This document shows, in pieces, positions 39,481-54,217 of a DNA stretch of 64,000 bases. Numbering within the stretch: position 1 is the first letter of the stretch; each line of letters starts with the position of its first letter. Source of the DNA: the human T2T-CHM13v2.0 reference genome, Homo sapiens; NCBI RefSeq assembly GCF_009914755.1, contig NC_060927.1; one strand, 5' to 3'. Position numbers and translations under genes: made by a program. Under the pieces are notes generated by a model. That model was not told the origin of the DNA. It worked only from the letters and a program-made list of their open reading frames with translations, and ran no database searches.

Positions 39481-41612
39481 TTTGGTTTTACATTCTTATA
39501 ATTATTACTAGCATCATAAGTTCTGAAGTTACTTAAGGCTCACAAATGAATGAATGACTTCTAATGATACAAATGAATTACATTTCATAGTTTGAAAGTT
39601 TAAAAAATGTGCCTTTGTTTTTCTCTCAACATTCTTAGCTTTAGCTAGGATAGATAAATTCTCCAAGGATTGGAGCTTTCATACATTTACACATGTAAAT
39701 AATGAGGGTTCATAAGAGATCCAGAAAATCTCTTTCCTTGTATTTCTAAGAATAACTTTTATTGAACTTTCAGAACTAGTTTAAGACACATTTTATTAAG
39801 TTGAAGTCACTGAGTTAGGTATAAGATAAGGCTACTCTTTTTATTATGATGCAACTAATTCTAAAAAATATTTAAATTAGGGATCTATTTTACTGTTCTT
39901 AATTGGATGGCTCAAGACAAAGATAAAAGTAAAACTTTAATTCATACATTTAAAACAGATTTTGTGAATGACAGTTATGTAAATTCTTACAGAACATTAG
40001 TACAATGACATCTAAATCATAATATATATTCAATTAGTTTTTCATTTATTCAGTGTTTATAGAGCACTAATTATGTGAAAGTATTGTAGTAAAATGACAA
40101 AGAAGACTGGCACTTTATACTACATTTCATGTTTTCATATTGGAAGACACATTAGCCCTAAAATTGGTAAATGACAGGCTTTGGGCAACTGAATTACAGT
40201 TTTTGCTTCCTTATAATGAAAATCCTCCTTATATAGATGACCAAAAATAAATGCTATTCTCTAGTTGGTTACAGTATATTCATTTATGTCACACTGACTA
40301 AGAAGCTCGACACTTGAAAAAAAGGAATCTTACAGTTCTGTATTCCTGAAGTGCTTAACTGAAGTGTTAGGCAAGGAGTGGAAACTGAATAAATGTGTTG
40401 AGTGATGTAAAATAATTCATGTAATCATGTGTATGTTTAGTGACAAGCTGATGAAACATCTGTTAAGTTGAATTTTTGTTTATGCAGATATTTAGTTGCT
40501 CTTTATACATACTCTTAAGTTGGAAAAGTCTCTACTATAATCATATAAACACTAAGTATAGACCAAATTATACATAACTCTTATCAAGTTTTTGCAAAAG
40601 TTTAACGTGGGAAAATTCTGAACTAGGAATTATTTTTCTTCAGAGATTGTTTTCTCTTTCAGGAAAATCAAATACCCAGACATGATGGGAAATCACTGCA
40701 GAATACAGAAGACAAACAAAACAACAACAAAAACTCCACAATATCAATAAATCCAGTGACAATATTTTTAGACATTTACACTGAAAAAGAACAGAACAGT
40801 CATTGTACAGTTTCACCAGATAAAGAATGAGCATAAAAGTGGCATGCAATAAAATAATTTAGTATCTTCCTAGCTGCTGGCCTACAGTGAGGCTTGCAGA
40901 TGGGAAGGTGCACTCTGAGGAAGGCATTGATGGTACCAGCATCAAGTGCAGATCAACAGAGATTCACTTCCTCTGCCAATTCTCTATTCTTGTGTAAAAA
41001 GAGAAAACATACATGAATGGGTGCAACATCTGTTGAACTGTTTTTAATGTGCCAAAGTAGAATGGGATTTTCAGTTTAAGAAACAGGGTTTAAAAAAGAA
41101 GTAAGGAGAAAAATGTGGTGCAAAATTAGGAAAGAAAATATTTATGTAAAGAAATCTTCATGAGAAATAATATGAATATCCCACTGAAGATAGGTTGACA
41201 GGCAGCTTGATGGGATAGCTGATTGAGACAGAGAAGAGATTCTGGATTTAAAAAATACAGTGACAATTAAATGCAACAGAAATTTGGTTCAGTTGGGCTT
41301 TAGGGAAAACATAATTTTTTTGTCACACACATTTCTGCTGCTTGCTGATTTATGGGGAGAGAGTGGCATTGAAGAAAAGGAGGGTATCAGCCAAACTGTC
41401 TGAGGTGAGGAAGATCTCATATAATGTTGCAGTCACAGAAAGGTGTCAGGCAGCTGACCAAGGGTGGTGACTTCCCATTCCCAAAAGTCAAGGAGGATTT
41501 AACATCAAGCACGAAGGCTCACTACAGAGAAATAAGAGCAAAGAACATCAATGATGTGAGTATAAGAAGCCTAGGGAGGAAGACAACTGCCATAATTTAT
41601 GGGCTAATCTGA

Positions 41613-41640
41613 ATATCTGTCTATCTATCTGTCATCTACA

Positions 41641-41685
<45 letters not shown>
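41613..41685. repeat. (TATC)n / GATA tetranucleotide STR
   Basis: About 11 perfect TATC units with a degenerate 5' flank. Confidence 0.97.
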
Positions 41686-41789
41686 CAGACTAGGATATTA
41701 ATCAAACGTATTTATGTTCAATATTGAATATTGAATGTGGATTATTACCAATCAATAATTCCTTGGCATCCTATCAATTCTATCGGTTA

Positions 41790-41975
41790 GGATTCTCCTG
41801 CCTCAGCCTCCCGAGTAGCTAGGACTACCACACCCAGGTAATTTTTAAAATTTTTTGTAGAGTTAGGGTCTCACTATGTCGCCCAGTCTTGGCTTGATCT
41901 TCTGGCATCACAAGAGCCTCTTGCCTTGGCCTCTCAAAGTGCTAGAATTACTGGCATGAACCACCATACCTGGCC
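41790..41975 (-). mobile_element. AluJ fragment (left arm plus part of right arm, no tail)
   Basis: GGGTCTCACTATGTCGCCCAG...CAAAGTGCTAGAATTAC...CCTGGCC. Confidence 0.85.
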
Positions 41976-41999
41976 TATTATTGTTAAATTTTGATTTTA

Positions 42000-42346
<347 letters not shown>

Positions 42347-42697
42347 TTATAATTTATCTCTTCAAGATAACATATAAACTATTTATTATATGCAACTATA
42401 TGAAAGATAAGAATAAGATAAGTACTTATGTGGAATTACTTCAAAGATAAGTAATAAAAAGGTAGGTTTAGAACAATAAAAATACTATTATGTGTATATA
42501 TTATGCTATTATACACACACACAGATATGTATGTTTGCCTATGTGAAGGATGCTTCCAGAAAATGTACTTGGAGAAATTATTTGAGTGGTGAGTGGCTGA
42601 GAGACTGAGGTAGAAGGAAATTACTTTTTATTATACACATTTTGTATTTCTTAAATTTTGTAGCATGCATATATTGTAGAATGAGAACAACAAATAC

Positions 42698-43727
42698 AGG
42701 TAGCACTTTGCATTGTTCAGGCATACATAAATCACAGTTACCAGTTAGTTAAATAGTGTCTGTCCCTCAAAAACATGGTTAAAATTTCAATTATCATTGT
42801 ATATTAACTGCAAGTAATTGCATAAGGTACAAACTTGGCTGCTAGCTCTTCAGTTCACAAATCAAAATGCAAATAAAAGATGATGTTCATCATGATATAT
42901 GACCAACCACATCACTTCTTCCAAAATTGGGTGATTAATAGTTACTGCACTACTGTTATTTGGTTCACTCACAAACAGCAAAGTGTTTTGTTGTATTTGT
43001 CTCTAGTTGATGAAACCATGTGGCATTTTATAGAAATGGATAAAGAGGAAATTGGCTAACAAAGATGAATGTGCAGCAAAGAAACCAAAGTGAAAATATT
43101 GAAATGTGAGGATAATGTAAATGGAGTTATAGAAGAAATAGCTGATGTGAAAATGTTGATAAGGCCATCGTTGGAAACACTAGATATACAGCTGGAGCAA
43201 AGCAAGAGGTGAACTTACCAACATAATAGGGAAAGTGGCCATGATTAAAGGATAAATATGTTCCAGAAGAATTGACACTGGCAATAACAACTTCACATTA
43301 AAGCCACACTTAGAGATGCTTCATGACATGGAAAGCACAAAGCATAAAATTTTGGAAGCTGATTCAAAGTTGGAAAGGAATATGACAATTTGCCAAGGCA
43401 TAACAAAGATGCTTGATTCATACGAAGAATTATAAATGAGAGGAAGGCAAGCACTGTTTTGAACTATTCTCGGTAAGTTTTTACAAGACAAGAAATCATG
43501 TTTCTAATGTTTTAAATTACTGTGTATTAAATACACATTGGGTTCACTATTTTTTATTTCCCTATACATTTATAACCAATAGGAAAAGAGTTTTCAATGT
43601 TTTGATAAAGATTTTAAAAGGCCACAGACAATTGCAATTTTTCTCATTGATAAGATGGTTTGCATAGTTTCAGCTTGCATGATCATTTTTATGATGCCAC
43701 ACGACTGTGTGAAGCAAGGGCTACTTA
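42698..43727. mobile_element. Tigger13a-like DNA transposon
   Basis: CAGTTACCAGTTAGTTAAATA...GTAATTGCATAAGGTACAAAC...GCTAGCTCTTCAG...AACAAAGATGAATGTGCAGCAAAGAAAC; TA flanks. Confidence 0.6.
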
Positions 43728-44399
43728 TACAATATTTTAAAGAAACAAAAATAAATTTAAGATTTATTAAATTTATAAGTAATTTCTAAAAATTATATAA
43801 AATCATCTTTGTTCTTCTTGCTTTTCTATGAGCAAGTTAATCAAAATAACACCAGAAATGGAAATTAATTTCTGTTTGAAAATCTAAAACATTTATAAGG
43901 GAGATAATGAGATAAAAAATGTTTGGTGTCTGCTCTGCTTTTAACTCAGGCCAACTCATCAACATACCTTGTGACTGATTATTGATTAAAATGAGCCCTT
44001 TGCACTCTAATATTATTGATGGTTTTCACTCTGTCCCACCTTTCTCTCATTCTTTGTTTTGTTCCCATGACAACTTTTTTTTCTGCTAATGTTCTTGAAA
44101 GCTCGCTCCAGCCTCTTTGGGATCTCTGGTGTACAGTATCTCAAGTCCAATACCTGGATACCTGGTTTAATGCCTTCCATTTACCAGTTATGCATATTAA
44201 TTTTTTCGTACCAGACTTCTTTCTTCTGCATCACCTCTCTCCCAACTTCCAGGCCCATCCAAGAACTGGCCAAAAGAAAAGCATAGTGATTTGGATGCCT
44301 CAATAATACAAAATAACTGGCTTAGAAAGGATAGAAGATTTCTTTTTTTAATCTCTAATGAAAATCTGAGTTTGTAAATGATCCAAGGTAATAGTGCAG

Positions 44400-45225
44400 A
44401 GGGGATTATGGCTGCCTCTGTCCCCAGGGAATTGGGGAAAAGCCAGTAGCAATGGGCCTCACCCAGCTCCCATGCAGTTGGTGAGGCTGGTCTTGCTCCT
44501 GCCATGCCCCACTAACAGAGCCGAGTTTATATCCAGGCAGCCTGTGTGCAGGACTAAAACCTAGCCCCAGGCTATAAGTTTTCCTGCTGAGAAAACAAAC
44601 ATGGCTTTCAGGCCATGCCCCTTCCTGTCTGCCCACACTGTCTGTCACTACTCTTGCTCTTCTTTCTGGAGCAGTTCCCATTCACACCCAAATTACGCTC
44701 AAAAGAGTTTTACCCAGTCAAAATTATTACAAAGTTCGGCTGGAAGTTTCTTTCACCTTGTGACCCCTCCCAAACTGCACCAGTTGCCTTTTCCGAGTGT
44801 CCCCATGAGACTTAGTCAGGGATGGCTTCCCTGGGCTTGAGCTGGAGAATGGCTGTGCCTACAAGGCTTCTTCCACTGCTGCTTCTAGTTTTATATTTTA
44901 TTCTAAATTCATTTCAGCTCTGGGTAAGGTTAAATCCTTCTCCTGTAATCTGGATTTTTGGGTTTCCAGGGGGGACATGTGTTCAGAGGCAGGATTTCCC
45001 CCTCTCGCACTTTGGGAACTCGCAGTTTTTTGCTTGTCTCATGGGATTTGCAGTGGCTTGGTGCTTTTTTATTTAAAGAATCTGTGAATTATTAGTTTTC
45101 CTGGTATGCTCCTGCAGTGGTTCCTGGAGCAAAAGTGCACAGTATGGGTCTCCACACACTGTTCCATCCATCCAAATGGAAGTTGCATGTCAGCCCTGCA
45201 TCTATCTACCAAGTTCCCAAGTCTC
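44400..45225 (-). mobile_element. L1PB/L1PREC-type 5' UTR
   Basis: GGGATTATGGCTGCCTCTG...GGCCTCACCCAGCTCCCATGCAG...GTGGTTCCTGGAGCAAAAGT. Confidence 0.7.
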
Positions 45226-45279
45226 AACATTGCTTCGTTTTTTGTTTTTTTTTGTTGTTTTTTTTTTCATTCTTTTTTC

Positions 45280-47670
45280 TTTTGTCTCCTCTGGCAGTGC
45301 ATTTTCAAATAACCTGTCTTCAAGCTCAACAATTATTTCCCCTGCTTGATCAGTTCCACTGTTAAGAGACTCTGATGCATCCTTCAGTATGTTGATTGCA
45401 TTTTTGAACTCTAGACTTTTGGCTTGATTTTTAATTCAATCTCTTTGTTAAATGTGTCTGATAGAATTTTGAATTCTTTCTTTGTGTTGTTTTTAATTTC
45501 ACTGAGTTTTCTCAAAACAGCTAGTTTGAGTTCTCTGTCTGAAAGGTCACATATCTCTGTTTCTCTGTGTTGGTCCTTGGTGTCTTATTCAGTTCATTTA
45601 GTGAAGTCTTGTTTTTCTGGATGGTCTTGATGCTTGCAGATGTTTTCTGGTGTCAGGGCATTGAAGAGTTAGGTATTTATTGTGGTATTCACAGTCTTGG
45701 CTTGTTTGTACCCATCCGTCTTCGGAAGGCTTTCCAGGTACTCGAAGGGACTTGGATGTTGTGATTATTGCAGTTTTTGGTCACTGCAGCCATATCTGCA
45801 TTAGGGAGCACCCCAAGCCCAGTAATGCTATGGCTGTTTCAGATCTATAGAGGTATCACCTTTGTGGTCTTAAATAAGATCATAAAAAATTATCTGGATT
45901 ACCAAAAAGAGAATCTTGTTCTATTCCCTTACTTTCTCCCAGACAAAGGGAGTCTCTCTCTCTCTTTCTGTATTGAGCTATCTGGAGCTGGGGGAGGGGT
46001 GACACAAGCACCCAAGTGGCCACTGCCACTGGGACTGTGCTGGGTCAGGCCTGAAGCCAGCACAACACTGGATCTTGACCAAGTCCTGCTGTAACCACTA
46101 TCTGACTACTGCCCATGTTTGCTCAAGGATCTAAGGCTCTAAAATCAGCAGGTGACAAAGTCAGCCAGCCTTATGTCCTTCCCTTCAAGGTGACAAGTTC
46201 TCCCAGGTCATAGAAAGGCCCAGAAATGCCCGCCAGGAGCCAGGGCCTGGAGTCAGAAACCTTAGGAATCTACCTGGTGCTCTGTTCTACTGCAGATGAG
46301 CTGACACTCAAACCACAAAACAAAGTTCTTCCTACTCTTCCTTGCTCTTTCCACAGACAGAGAAGTTTCTCTCCATGGCCACACCACCATAGGATCATGG
46401 GGGCTACTGCCAGGCCACCACTGATGTTCACTCAAAGGCCATGGGTGTTTTAGTCAGCTTGTGGTGAATGCTGCCAGGCCTGGGACTCACCCTTCAGGAA
46501 ACTGGGCTCCCTTCTAACCCAGGTCAGGTCCAAAAATGTCATCCAAGAGCCAAGTCCTTAAATCAGAGATCGCACAAGCCCACTTTATGTTCTACCCCAC
46601 TCTGTCAGAGCTGGTACCTACGGTGGAAGACAAAAACACTTTTTACTTATGCAGAAAGAGTCTCTCATTATAGCCACTACATGTGGAAATATGATGGGTC
46701 ACACTTGGAGATAGCATGTTTCAGATTCTTGTTCACGGCCCATGGCATGTACTACCTGGCTACTGTGGCTGATAATTCAAGGACCAGGGGCTTTTTAGTC
46801 AGTAGGTGACTACTCCTACCAGGACTGGGTCCTTCCCTTTAAGGTAGGGGGTTCTCTTCTGGCCCAGGGTGTGCTAGGAATTTCATCCAGATCTAGGGCC
46901 TGAAATGCGGTCTCACGACTCTCTCTGGTATCCTATTTTACTGTGGCTGAGACGGTATCCAAGTCGCAAGTGGAACTTCTCTTTACTCTTCTCTCTCTCT
47001 TCTCCCCCAGTGGAAGGAAGAATTCTCTTTCAGAGCTGTGAGCTGTGCTGCCTGGGGTTGGGGGAAGGTTGGGACAAGCATTCCGTTGGCCCCTCCAGCT
47101 GGTGTCTCACTAGGTCATGTGCCTCTCAAGTCCACTGGCTCAAAGCCCAGCACAGCATTACAGCTTGCCTAGCAGTTGCAGTCCTTGTGGCCTAGACTGA
47201 CTTTCTAGTTTATTTAGGATCCCAGAACAGCTTAGCCCAAGGTAGTGAGGCTTGCTGGAACTCAAATTCAGAGAGCTAGGATGGATGACTCCCCTCTGGC
47301 TAGGGCTGGCCTAAATGCTCCTTTTGTGGGTGTTTATTGAGTTCTACCCAGTATTATTTTTGCTGTGACAGGGGAGCACTGAGTTCCAATGTGAAGTTCC
47401 ACAATCACTTCGCTTCCCTCCCTCAAGTGCACAGATACTCTGTGCCACATGGCTGCTGCAGGGTGATGGGGAGGGTGGCATCAGAAATTTAAGACTGTCT
47501 TTTCTCTCCTTCATTCTTTCAGTGAACAAAGTTAAAACCAGATACTGTTAGCATTCACCTGATTTTTGGTTCAGATGAAGACTTTTTTTGTGTAGATAGT
47601 TGTTAATTTGGTGTTCCTCTGGGGAAGACATTCAGTGGCGGCTACTTTTTGGACATCTTGTTCTGCCTCC
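45280..47670 (-). mobile_element. L1MA1-3 (L1M1/M2) ORF1 start and 5' UTR
   Basis: TTTTCAAATAACCTGTCTTCAAGCTCA...TCTGTCTGAAAGGTCACATATCTCTG; ends CATCTTGTTCTGCCTCC (antisense L1 5' terminus). Confidence 0.75.
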
Positions 47671-47679
47671 TTCTTCTTC

Positions 47680-50600
47680 AATTTATCTTACCAGTGTTTT
47701 ATAATAATTTTCCTTCTCAAGTCTGTCACTTCTTTGGTTAAATTGATCCCTAGGTAGTTTATATTATTTTTAACTATTGTAAATAGGATTGCTCTCATGA
47801 CATCCTTTTCAGATATTTCATTGTTGGTTTATATAAATGCCACTGATTTTGTAAGTTGATTTTGCATCCTGCAACTTACTGAATTTATCAGTTCAAAGAG
47901 TTTCTTGGTAGAGTCTTTAGGTTTTTCTAAATATGAGATTATGTCATCTGTGAAAAAGGCTAATTTGACTTCTTTCTTTCCAATTTGGATGCCTTTTTTT
48001 CTTTTTATTGCCCAATTGCAAAATGTTTGGTAGAATGCAGAGGTGAAGCCACCAGGTTCTGGGCTTTTCTTTGATGGGATTTTTTTTTTTATTACAGCTT
48101 TGATCTTATTACTCAGTATTGGTTTGTTGAGGTTTTGTATTTCTTCATGGTTCAATCTTGGGAAATTATATATACCTAGGAATTTATCAGTTTTTTTCTA
48201 AGTTCTCCAATTTGTTTAAGTTTATGGTAATAGGCTCTAATGATTCTTTATATTTCTGTGTTCTCAGTTGTTAGGTCTGCATTTTCATTTCTGATTTTAT
48301 TTATTTGTATCTTTTCTCTTTTTTTCTTAGTCTAGCTGAAGATTTATTGATTTTGCGTAACTTTTCAAAAAACCGACTTTTCATTTAATCTGTATTTTTA
48401 TTACCATTTTATTTCTGCTCTAATCTTTATTATGATTTTATCCTTCTACTAATTTTGTGTTTGGTTTGTTCCTGCTTTTCTAGTTCCTTGAGGTGTTTCA
48501 GTAGGTTGCTTATTCCAGGTCTTTTTACTTTTTTGATATAGGTGTTTATTGCAATAAACTTGCCTTTTCATATTACCTTTGATGTATCCCACAGATTTTG
48601 GTATGTTGTGTTTCCATTTTCATTCATGTTAAGAAATTTTAAATTTTTCTTCTTAATTTCATTTTTGCCCATTGGTTATTCAGGAGCATATTGTTTAATT
48701 TCCATGTGTTTGTGTGGTTTCTGAAGTTTTACTGGTTATTGAGTTCTAGTTTTATTTCACTTTGGTCAGAAAAGACACTATATATGATTTCTATTTTTTA
48801 AAATCTGTTGAGACTCATTTTGTGGATTAAAACATGATCTATTCTGAAGAATGTTCCATGTGCTGATGAAGAGAATGTGTGTTCTGCAGCAGCTGAGTGA
48901 AATGTTCTGTAAATGTCAGTTGGTCCTATTAGATCTAGTGTGTAATTTAATGCCGATGTTTCTTTGTTCATTATCTGTCTGGATAATCTGTCTATTAGGG
49001 AGAGTGGGATGTTGAAATTCCTTACTATTATTGGATTGCAGCCTATCTCTCCCTTTAAGTTTATTAATGTTTGCTTTATATACTTGGTATTGTATGCATA
49101 GATAGTTATAATTGTTACATCATTTTCCTGAATTCATTCGTTTATCATTAAATAGTGACCTTCTTGGTCTCATTTTTGCAGTTCTGATTTGTAGTCTTGT
49201 CATTTGATATAAGTATAGTTACTCCTGCTTTTTTGGGTTTCCATTTGCATAGAATATCTTTTTCCACCTCTTTACTTTCAGTCTATGTGTGTCTTTATAA
49301 GTAAAGTTGGTTTCTTGTAGGCAGCACAAAGTTAGGTCTTATTTGTTTGTTTTAATCCATTCAGCCACTCTATGCCTTTTAATTGGAGAATAAGTCCATT
49401 TACTTTCATTGCCATTATGATAAGTAAGGAATTACTACTGCCATATTGTTGCTTGTTTTCTGGGTTGTTTTGTTTCTTCTCTCTTCCTTTCTTACTATCT
49501 TCTTTTGTGGTTAAGTGATTTTTCTCTGACAGTATGTTTTAATTCATTGCTTTTCATTTTTAATGAATCCATTGTAGATTTTTGCATTGTGGTTATCATG
49601 AGGATTACAAAAAACATCATATAGATATAACAAGTTATCTTAAGCAGATAACAACTTATCTTAGCTCAAAAGAAAAAAATGGAAACAAAGAAAGAAAAAA
49701 AAGGAAAACCTTTAACACTTTAACTGCATCCCTTCCTCATTTGGACTTTATGTTGTCTTAATTTACATATTTTAATTTTGCCTATCTCCTAACAGGTGGG
49801 TGTAGCTATGATTGTTTTTGATAGATTTGTTTTTTGGGCTTCATACTAGAATTATGACTGGATTGAATGCCACAATTACAATATTAGAATATTTTGGTTT
49901 TATCTGTGTGCTTAATTTTGCCAACGGGTTTTATACCTTCGAATGTTTTATTTTGCATATTAGCACTTTTTTTACTTTCAGAAGGAAGAACTCCCTTTAG
50001 CATTTCTTGTAAAATGAGTCTGGTGGTGGTGAATTCTCTCAGCTTTTGTTTTTCTGAGAAAGATTTTATCTCTCCTTTTTTGAAGGATAGCTTTGCTGGA
50101 GACAATATTCTTGGATGGCAGTTTTTTTTCTTTCAGCATTTTGAAAATGTTGTCCCATTCCCTCATGACCTGTAATGATTTTTATTGTGTTTGTGGCCAG
50201 ATGAATTGGAGCTCTTTTATATGTTATTTGCTTCTTTTCACTTGCTGCTTTTAGAATCCTCTCTTTGTCCTTACCTTTGAGTGTTTTACTATTAAATACA
50301 TTGAGGTGGTCTTATTTGGATTAAATCTCTTTGTTGTTTTCTGACCTTCCTGTACCTGAATATTTAACTCTCTTCCAAGTTTTGAAACTTTTTATTTTAT
50401 TTTATTACATCTTTGAACAAGTTTTGTATCCTTTCCTTTTGCTCAACTCTATCTCGAACACAAATAATTCTTAGATTTGGTCTTTTGAGGTAATTTTCTA
50501 TATCTCTTAGGAAATTTTCATTTTTTCCTTGTTTTTCTCTCCTCTGAGCATTTTGAAATAACCTTTCTTTTATCTCACTGATTCTTTCCTCTGCTTGATA

Positions 50601-51640
50601 CATTCTTCTATTGAGAGCCTCTAATGAGTTCTTAAGTTCTTGATATGTTTCTGAATTGCTTTTCTGTGTTTAGAGATCACTGAGTTTCTTAAAACTGCTG
50701 TTTTTAATTCTTGATAAGAGAGTTTACATGTCACTGCTTTGTAAGTGTCGGTCACTAGTTCCTTGTTTTGTCCATTTGAGGAGGCCATGGTTCCTTGTTT
50801 GCTGTTTTTTTTTGTGGAAGTACAGCTATGTCTTTGCATTGAAGGATTAGTTATTTATTCCAGTCTTCTGTGTCTGACTTGTTTTGATTTTGGGGGGATA
50901 TATTTGCTTAAAGATTCTTCACATTTTGCCTGTTGATATTCATTTTTCTTTTATTTCCCCCACTAGGTGGCCACCTACTTTTTGGCACTAGATGGTGCCT
51001 TAAGCCCAGGCTTGATTTCGTTCTAGCAAATAGTCCAAGTGCCACCCATCCCAAACTGGGGAGATTCCAAAGGAGATATCCCAGAAGTGTGAGTAGGCTG
51101 ATTAGGGGTCCATGCCCTGGAGACCTGTGTAACAAACCTCCTACTATATGGTGCTGCTGAACAGCCTTTCTGTTTTGGCATCATCTTTGACTGAATTATA
51201 GCACACTGTTTCTGGAGCTAGGAATGATAGTCCCACCCTTTGTCTCTGGCTATCCTCAAGGATATTCTTCCCTCTAGATACTGCCAGTGTTTCCTGTGGG
51301 TTGAGGCATGAACGTATCTTCTGCCAGGGAAGCCGAAATGCTGCTTGGCCACCTCAATCTCACTTTTTCCAGTGTAGAAACTATGAATTGAAAGGAAATT
51401 GTCTCTGCACTTAGTGTCAGGTGGATTGCAGGAAGATTGTTGTGACTATGAAAGTCTGAGTCTCTTTCTGTTGGCTTGGAGTTTTTCCACTTCTCTGTGG
51501 TCTCAGGAACTGTCTTATCTTCATATTTGAGTTCTGGTATATTTCTGGTGATAATCTTAGCACTGCATAATTGTTTTCAGTTTCCTATGGAGGGTAGTAA
51601 AGCCAGCTTGCTCCTATACTGCCATTTTAGGACTTGAAGG
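47680..51640 (-). mobile_element. Old L1M: 5' UTR, ORF1 and ORF2 EN/RT pieces with an internal deletion near 48020
   Basis: Minus-strand peptides NHEEIQNLNKPI...KKSPEPGGFT, GIQIGKKEVKL.FFTDDII.YLEKPKDSTKKL (ORF2) and PAKLSFK..EIKSFSEKQKLREFTTTR (ORF1). Confidence 0.9.
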
Positions 51641-52248
51641 TAGCACCTACTTTAGACAAAAGCTAACCAAAGGCAGAAGGAGTATTAAGATTTTTTTTAA
51701 ACCATCACTAGGAACAAAAAGGATAATTTATTAATAAACAGGAACAATGCATCACAAAGATATAAAGATCCTGAAAACTTACATACTTTAAAACCTAACC
51801 TCAGGGTAAAAGATATATAATTAACAGAAATAGGAAGATCATGAATAAATTCTAAATCTTAATGGGTGATTTTAAAATACTTCTTTTTGACAACGAATGA
51901 TAAAACAGACAAAAACAATTCTTGGGGATAATAAAAATTTAAAGAATATATTTAATAAGTTGGATTTGATGAATATATAGAACCTTGCATTCATAGAAAA
52001 TGTTCACTCATTTCCAGCACACATAGAGCACTTATCAAAATGACCACATAATATAAACTCAAATAAGTATGTGCAAAATTATAATTTTTCATTCTTTGTG
52101 TTATAACCTCAATGTAGTAAATTTGGAAATTGGAGGAAGAAGAAAATTGCAATGCCTATATTTTTGGAATGTAAAGCAAACAAAAACTCAGCACTTTGGT
52201 AAAAATTCCTAAACCAAAAAAATTATACTGTGAATTACAAATAATTAT

Positions 52249-52824
52249 TGTAGGGAAAGAAAGTTTTTTTTGTCACCTGTTAGAAGGTTCATAGTGAAGG
52301 CACATATAACAAAAGACAGATTAACAAGACATACATATGAACATATTTAATTACAAAGTTATATACAAATTTATTTAATGTAAATTTTATGTGATACAGG
52401 AGCCTTCATTAGAAAATGAAGACCCAAAGAAGTAGAAACCTGTGTATTTTTATGCTTAAGTTTGATGAAGAGTGAGCAGTCATGGAAAAATATGGTTGAA
52501 CAAATGAAGTGTGATCTAATGGTAATAAATGAAGGGAACTTAGTAATGCCTATTTGTTTAGATTATTTTCTGTGCTCCATTTTCTTTAGAAATAAAGATG
52601 TTCCTTTCCTCTGGTTAGATAGTGGTCATCTTTCATGTGAAGGTCTTATGCCCTACTTCAGGGAGAGGTTAGAAAATTCTTTCTAGGTTTTTTGGTCTGC
52701 TTTAGGGGAGGAGGGTGGGAGAAGGTCAGAGAGACCCTTTTACTTCTGCTGTTTTCTCAAAAATTTTTAGCTTAAAATAGTATCCTAAAGTGCCATATCT
52801 AGATTAGATGTTCTGAGCCTGTCA
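52249..52824 (-). mobile_element. ERV1 MER4-group solo LTR (LTR54-like)
   Basis: TG...CA termini; ATAACAAAAGACAGATTAACAAG...ACAGGAGCCTTCA...ATGAAGACCCAAAGA...GAAGGTCAGAGAGACC. Confidence 0.6.
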
Positions 52825-53306
52825 TTAGAATTAAATGACATGGGAAATAAAATACTTGTAAAATAAAAACATGACAATTTTTATATTTAAATTTATATAT
52901 TAGAAAACACAAAGAGACACAATATTTAACCTACAAGCTTGGAAAATTAAAAATGATGAGGAGCTAACTCAGTAGAAGGAATGAGGTAAAAGAGATGTTA
53001 ATAAAATATAAAAGAAAAGGAAAATGGAAAGGTTTTACAAAACCATCAAAAGATTTAAAACAGAATAGGCCTGGTAAGATTTATCAATGAAAAAAGAGAA
53101 AGAGCAAAACTGGACAATTTTAGGAAGGGAAAAAAGGACATGAACACAGATATTGTAGAAATTTAAAAAATCTCTACAGTGGCAAAAACATTTATGAAAT
53201 GAACAATTTTCAAAGTAAATTTAAATTAAGAAAAATGATTTACAAAGAAAGGAAAAACCTACTGGACATATAATCATTAAATAAATTGAATTAGTAGTTT
53301 AAAATG

Positions 53307-53938
53307 CAGTCAATTGTCATTATTTTTAGTAGTGATGGTTTAGTAAGGCACCACAAACATTGAATTAGCAAATACAAACCACTGTTCTAGTAGAAATAAA
53401 AAGATAGGTTTTGGTGAGCCTCTGGTCACATTTTTACCACCTGATCAATACTTATCTTGTTTTACATGTATTTCTGTTTAAAGACACTGTTATTTAATAT
53501 ATATTGTTGATTAATTAGCATCAAACTCAGAGCCAACAACACTGTAACATGTCTGGACTAAATACATTTTCTCCATTAAGCACATCACAGCCTTCTCATG
53601 CTTGGGAACACTAGACAGAACTTCAGTACTACATTTAGGGGTCATTTCAAGTACCAAAATCATCAACCAAAAGCACAAAAATGAGAAAAATGTGGCACTA
53701 AATAGACCACAAAAAGGACACCTGTTTACAGTGTGACAGCTAAAACATAAAGGCAGAGATTCACTTTGACCTCAGATGGGACCAAGTGTGTTGGGATACT
53801 CAAATTTTTCACTGCTCTGCGTATTTTTTTGAATACTGCAAAAACACTCTATGAGTATTGACTTGGGGATTATAAACAAGTTCTAGTGAGTAGGCAAATT
53901 CACAGATACATTATATAGTAATAAAAAATTAAATTATA
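53307..53938. mobile_element. Tigger6-like DNA transposon
   Basis: ACATTGAATTAGCAAATAC...GAGCCTCTGGTCACA...GTAGGCAAATTCACA. Confidence 0.6.
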
Positions 53939-54007
53939 TATCTAAATAATTACATAGCTTAATTTCTATCCATAGGAAGATTTATAATTTTTAAAAATTG
54001 GTGAGCC

Positions 54008-54039
54008 TCTTTCTTTCTCTTTTTCTTTCTTTCTTTCTT

Positions 54040-54100
<61 letters not shown>
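54008..54100. repeat. (CTTT)n/(CT)n polypyrimidine microsatellite forming the Alu tail
   Basis: About 90 bp containing only C and T. Confidence 0.95.
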
Positions 54101-54101
<1 letters not shown>

Positions 54102-54217
54102 GAAATAGGGTTTCACCATGTTGGCCAGGCTGGTCTTGAACTCCTGACCTCAAGTAATCTGCCTGCCTCAGCCTCCCAAAGTGCTGAGATTACAGGCGTG
54201 AGCCACCGAGCCCAGCC
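54101..54217 (-). mobile_element. AluS (Sz/Sx-like) left arm only
   Basis: GGGTTTCACCATGTTGGCCAGGCTGGTCTTGAACTCCTGACCTCAAGT...GAGCCACCGAGCCCAGCC. Confidence 0.88.

Noticed and set aside
40640-40860. Polypyrimidine-CAG acceptor followed by AATAAA, a possible terminal exon
   Set aside because: These motifs are frequent in AT-rich DNA; no upstream exon or coding signal
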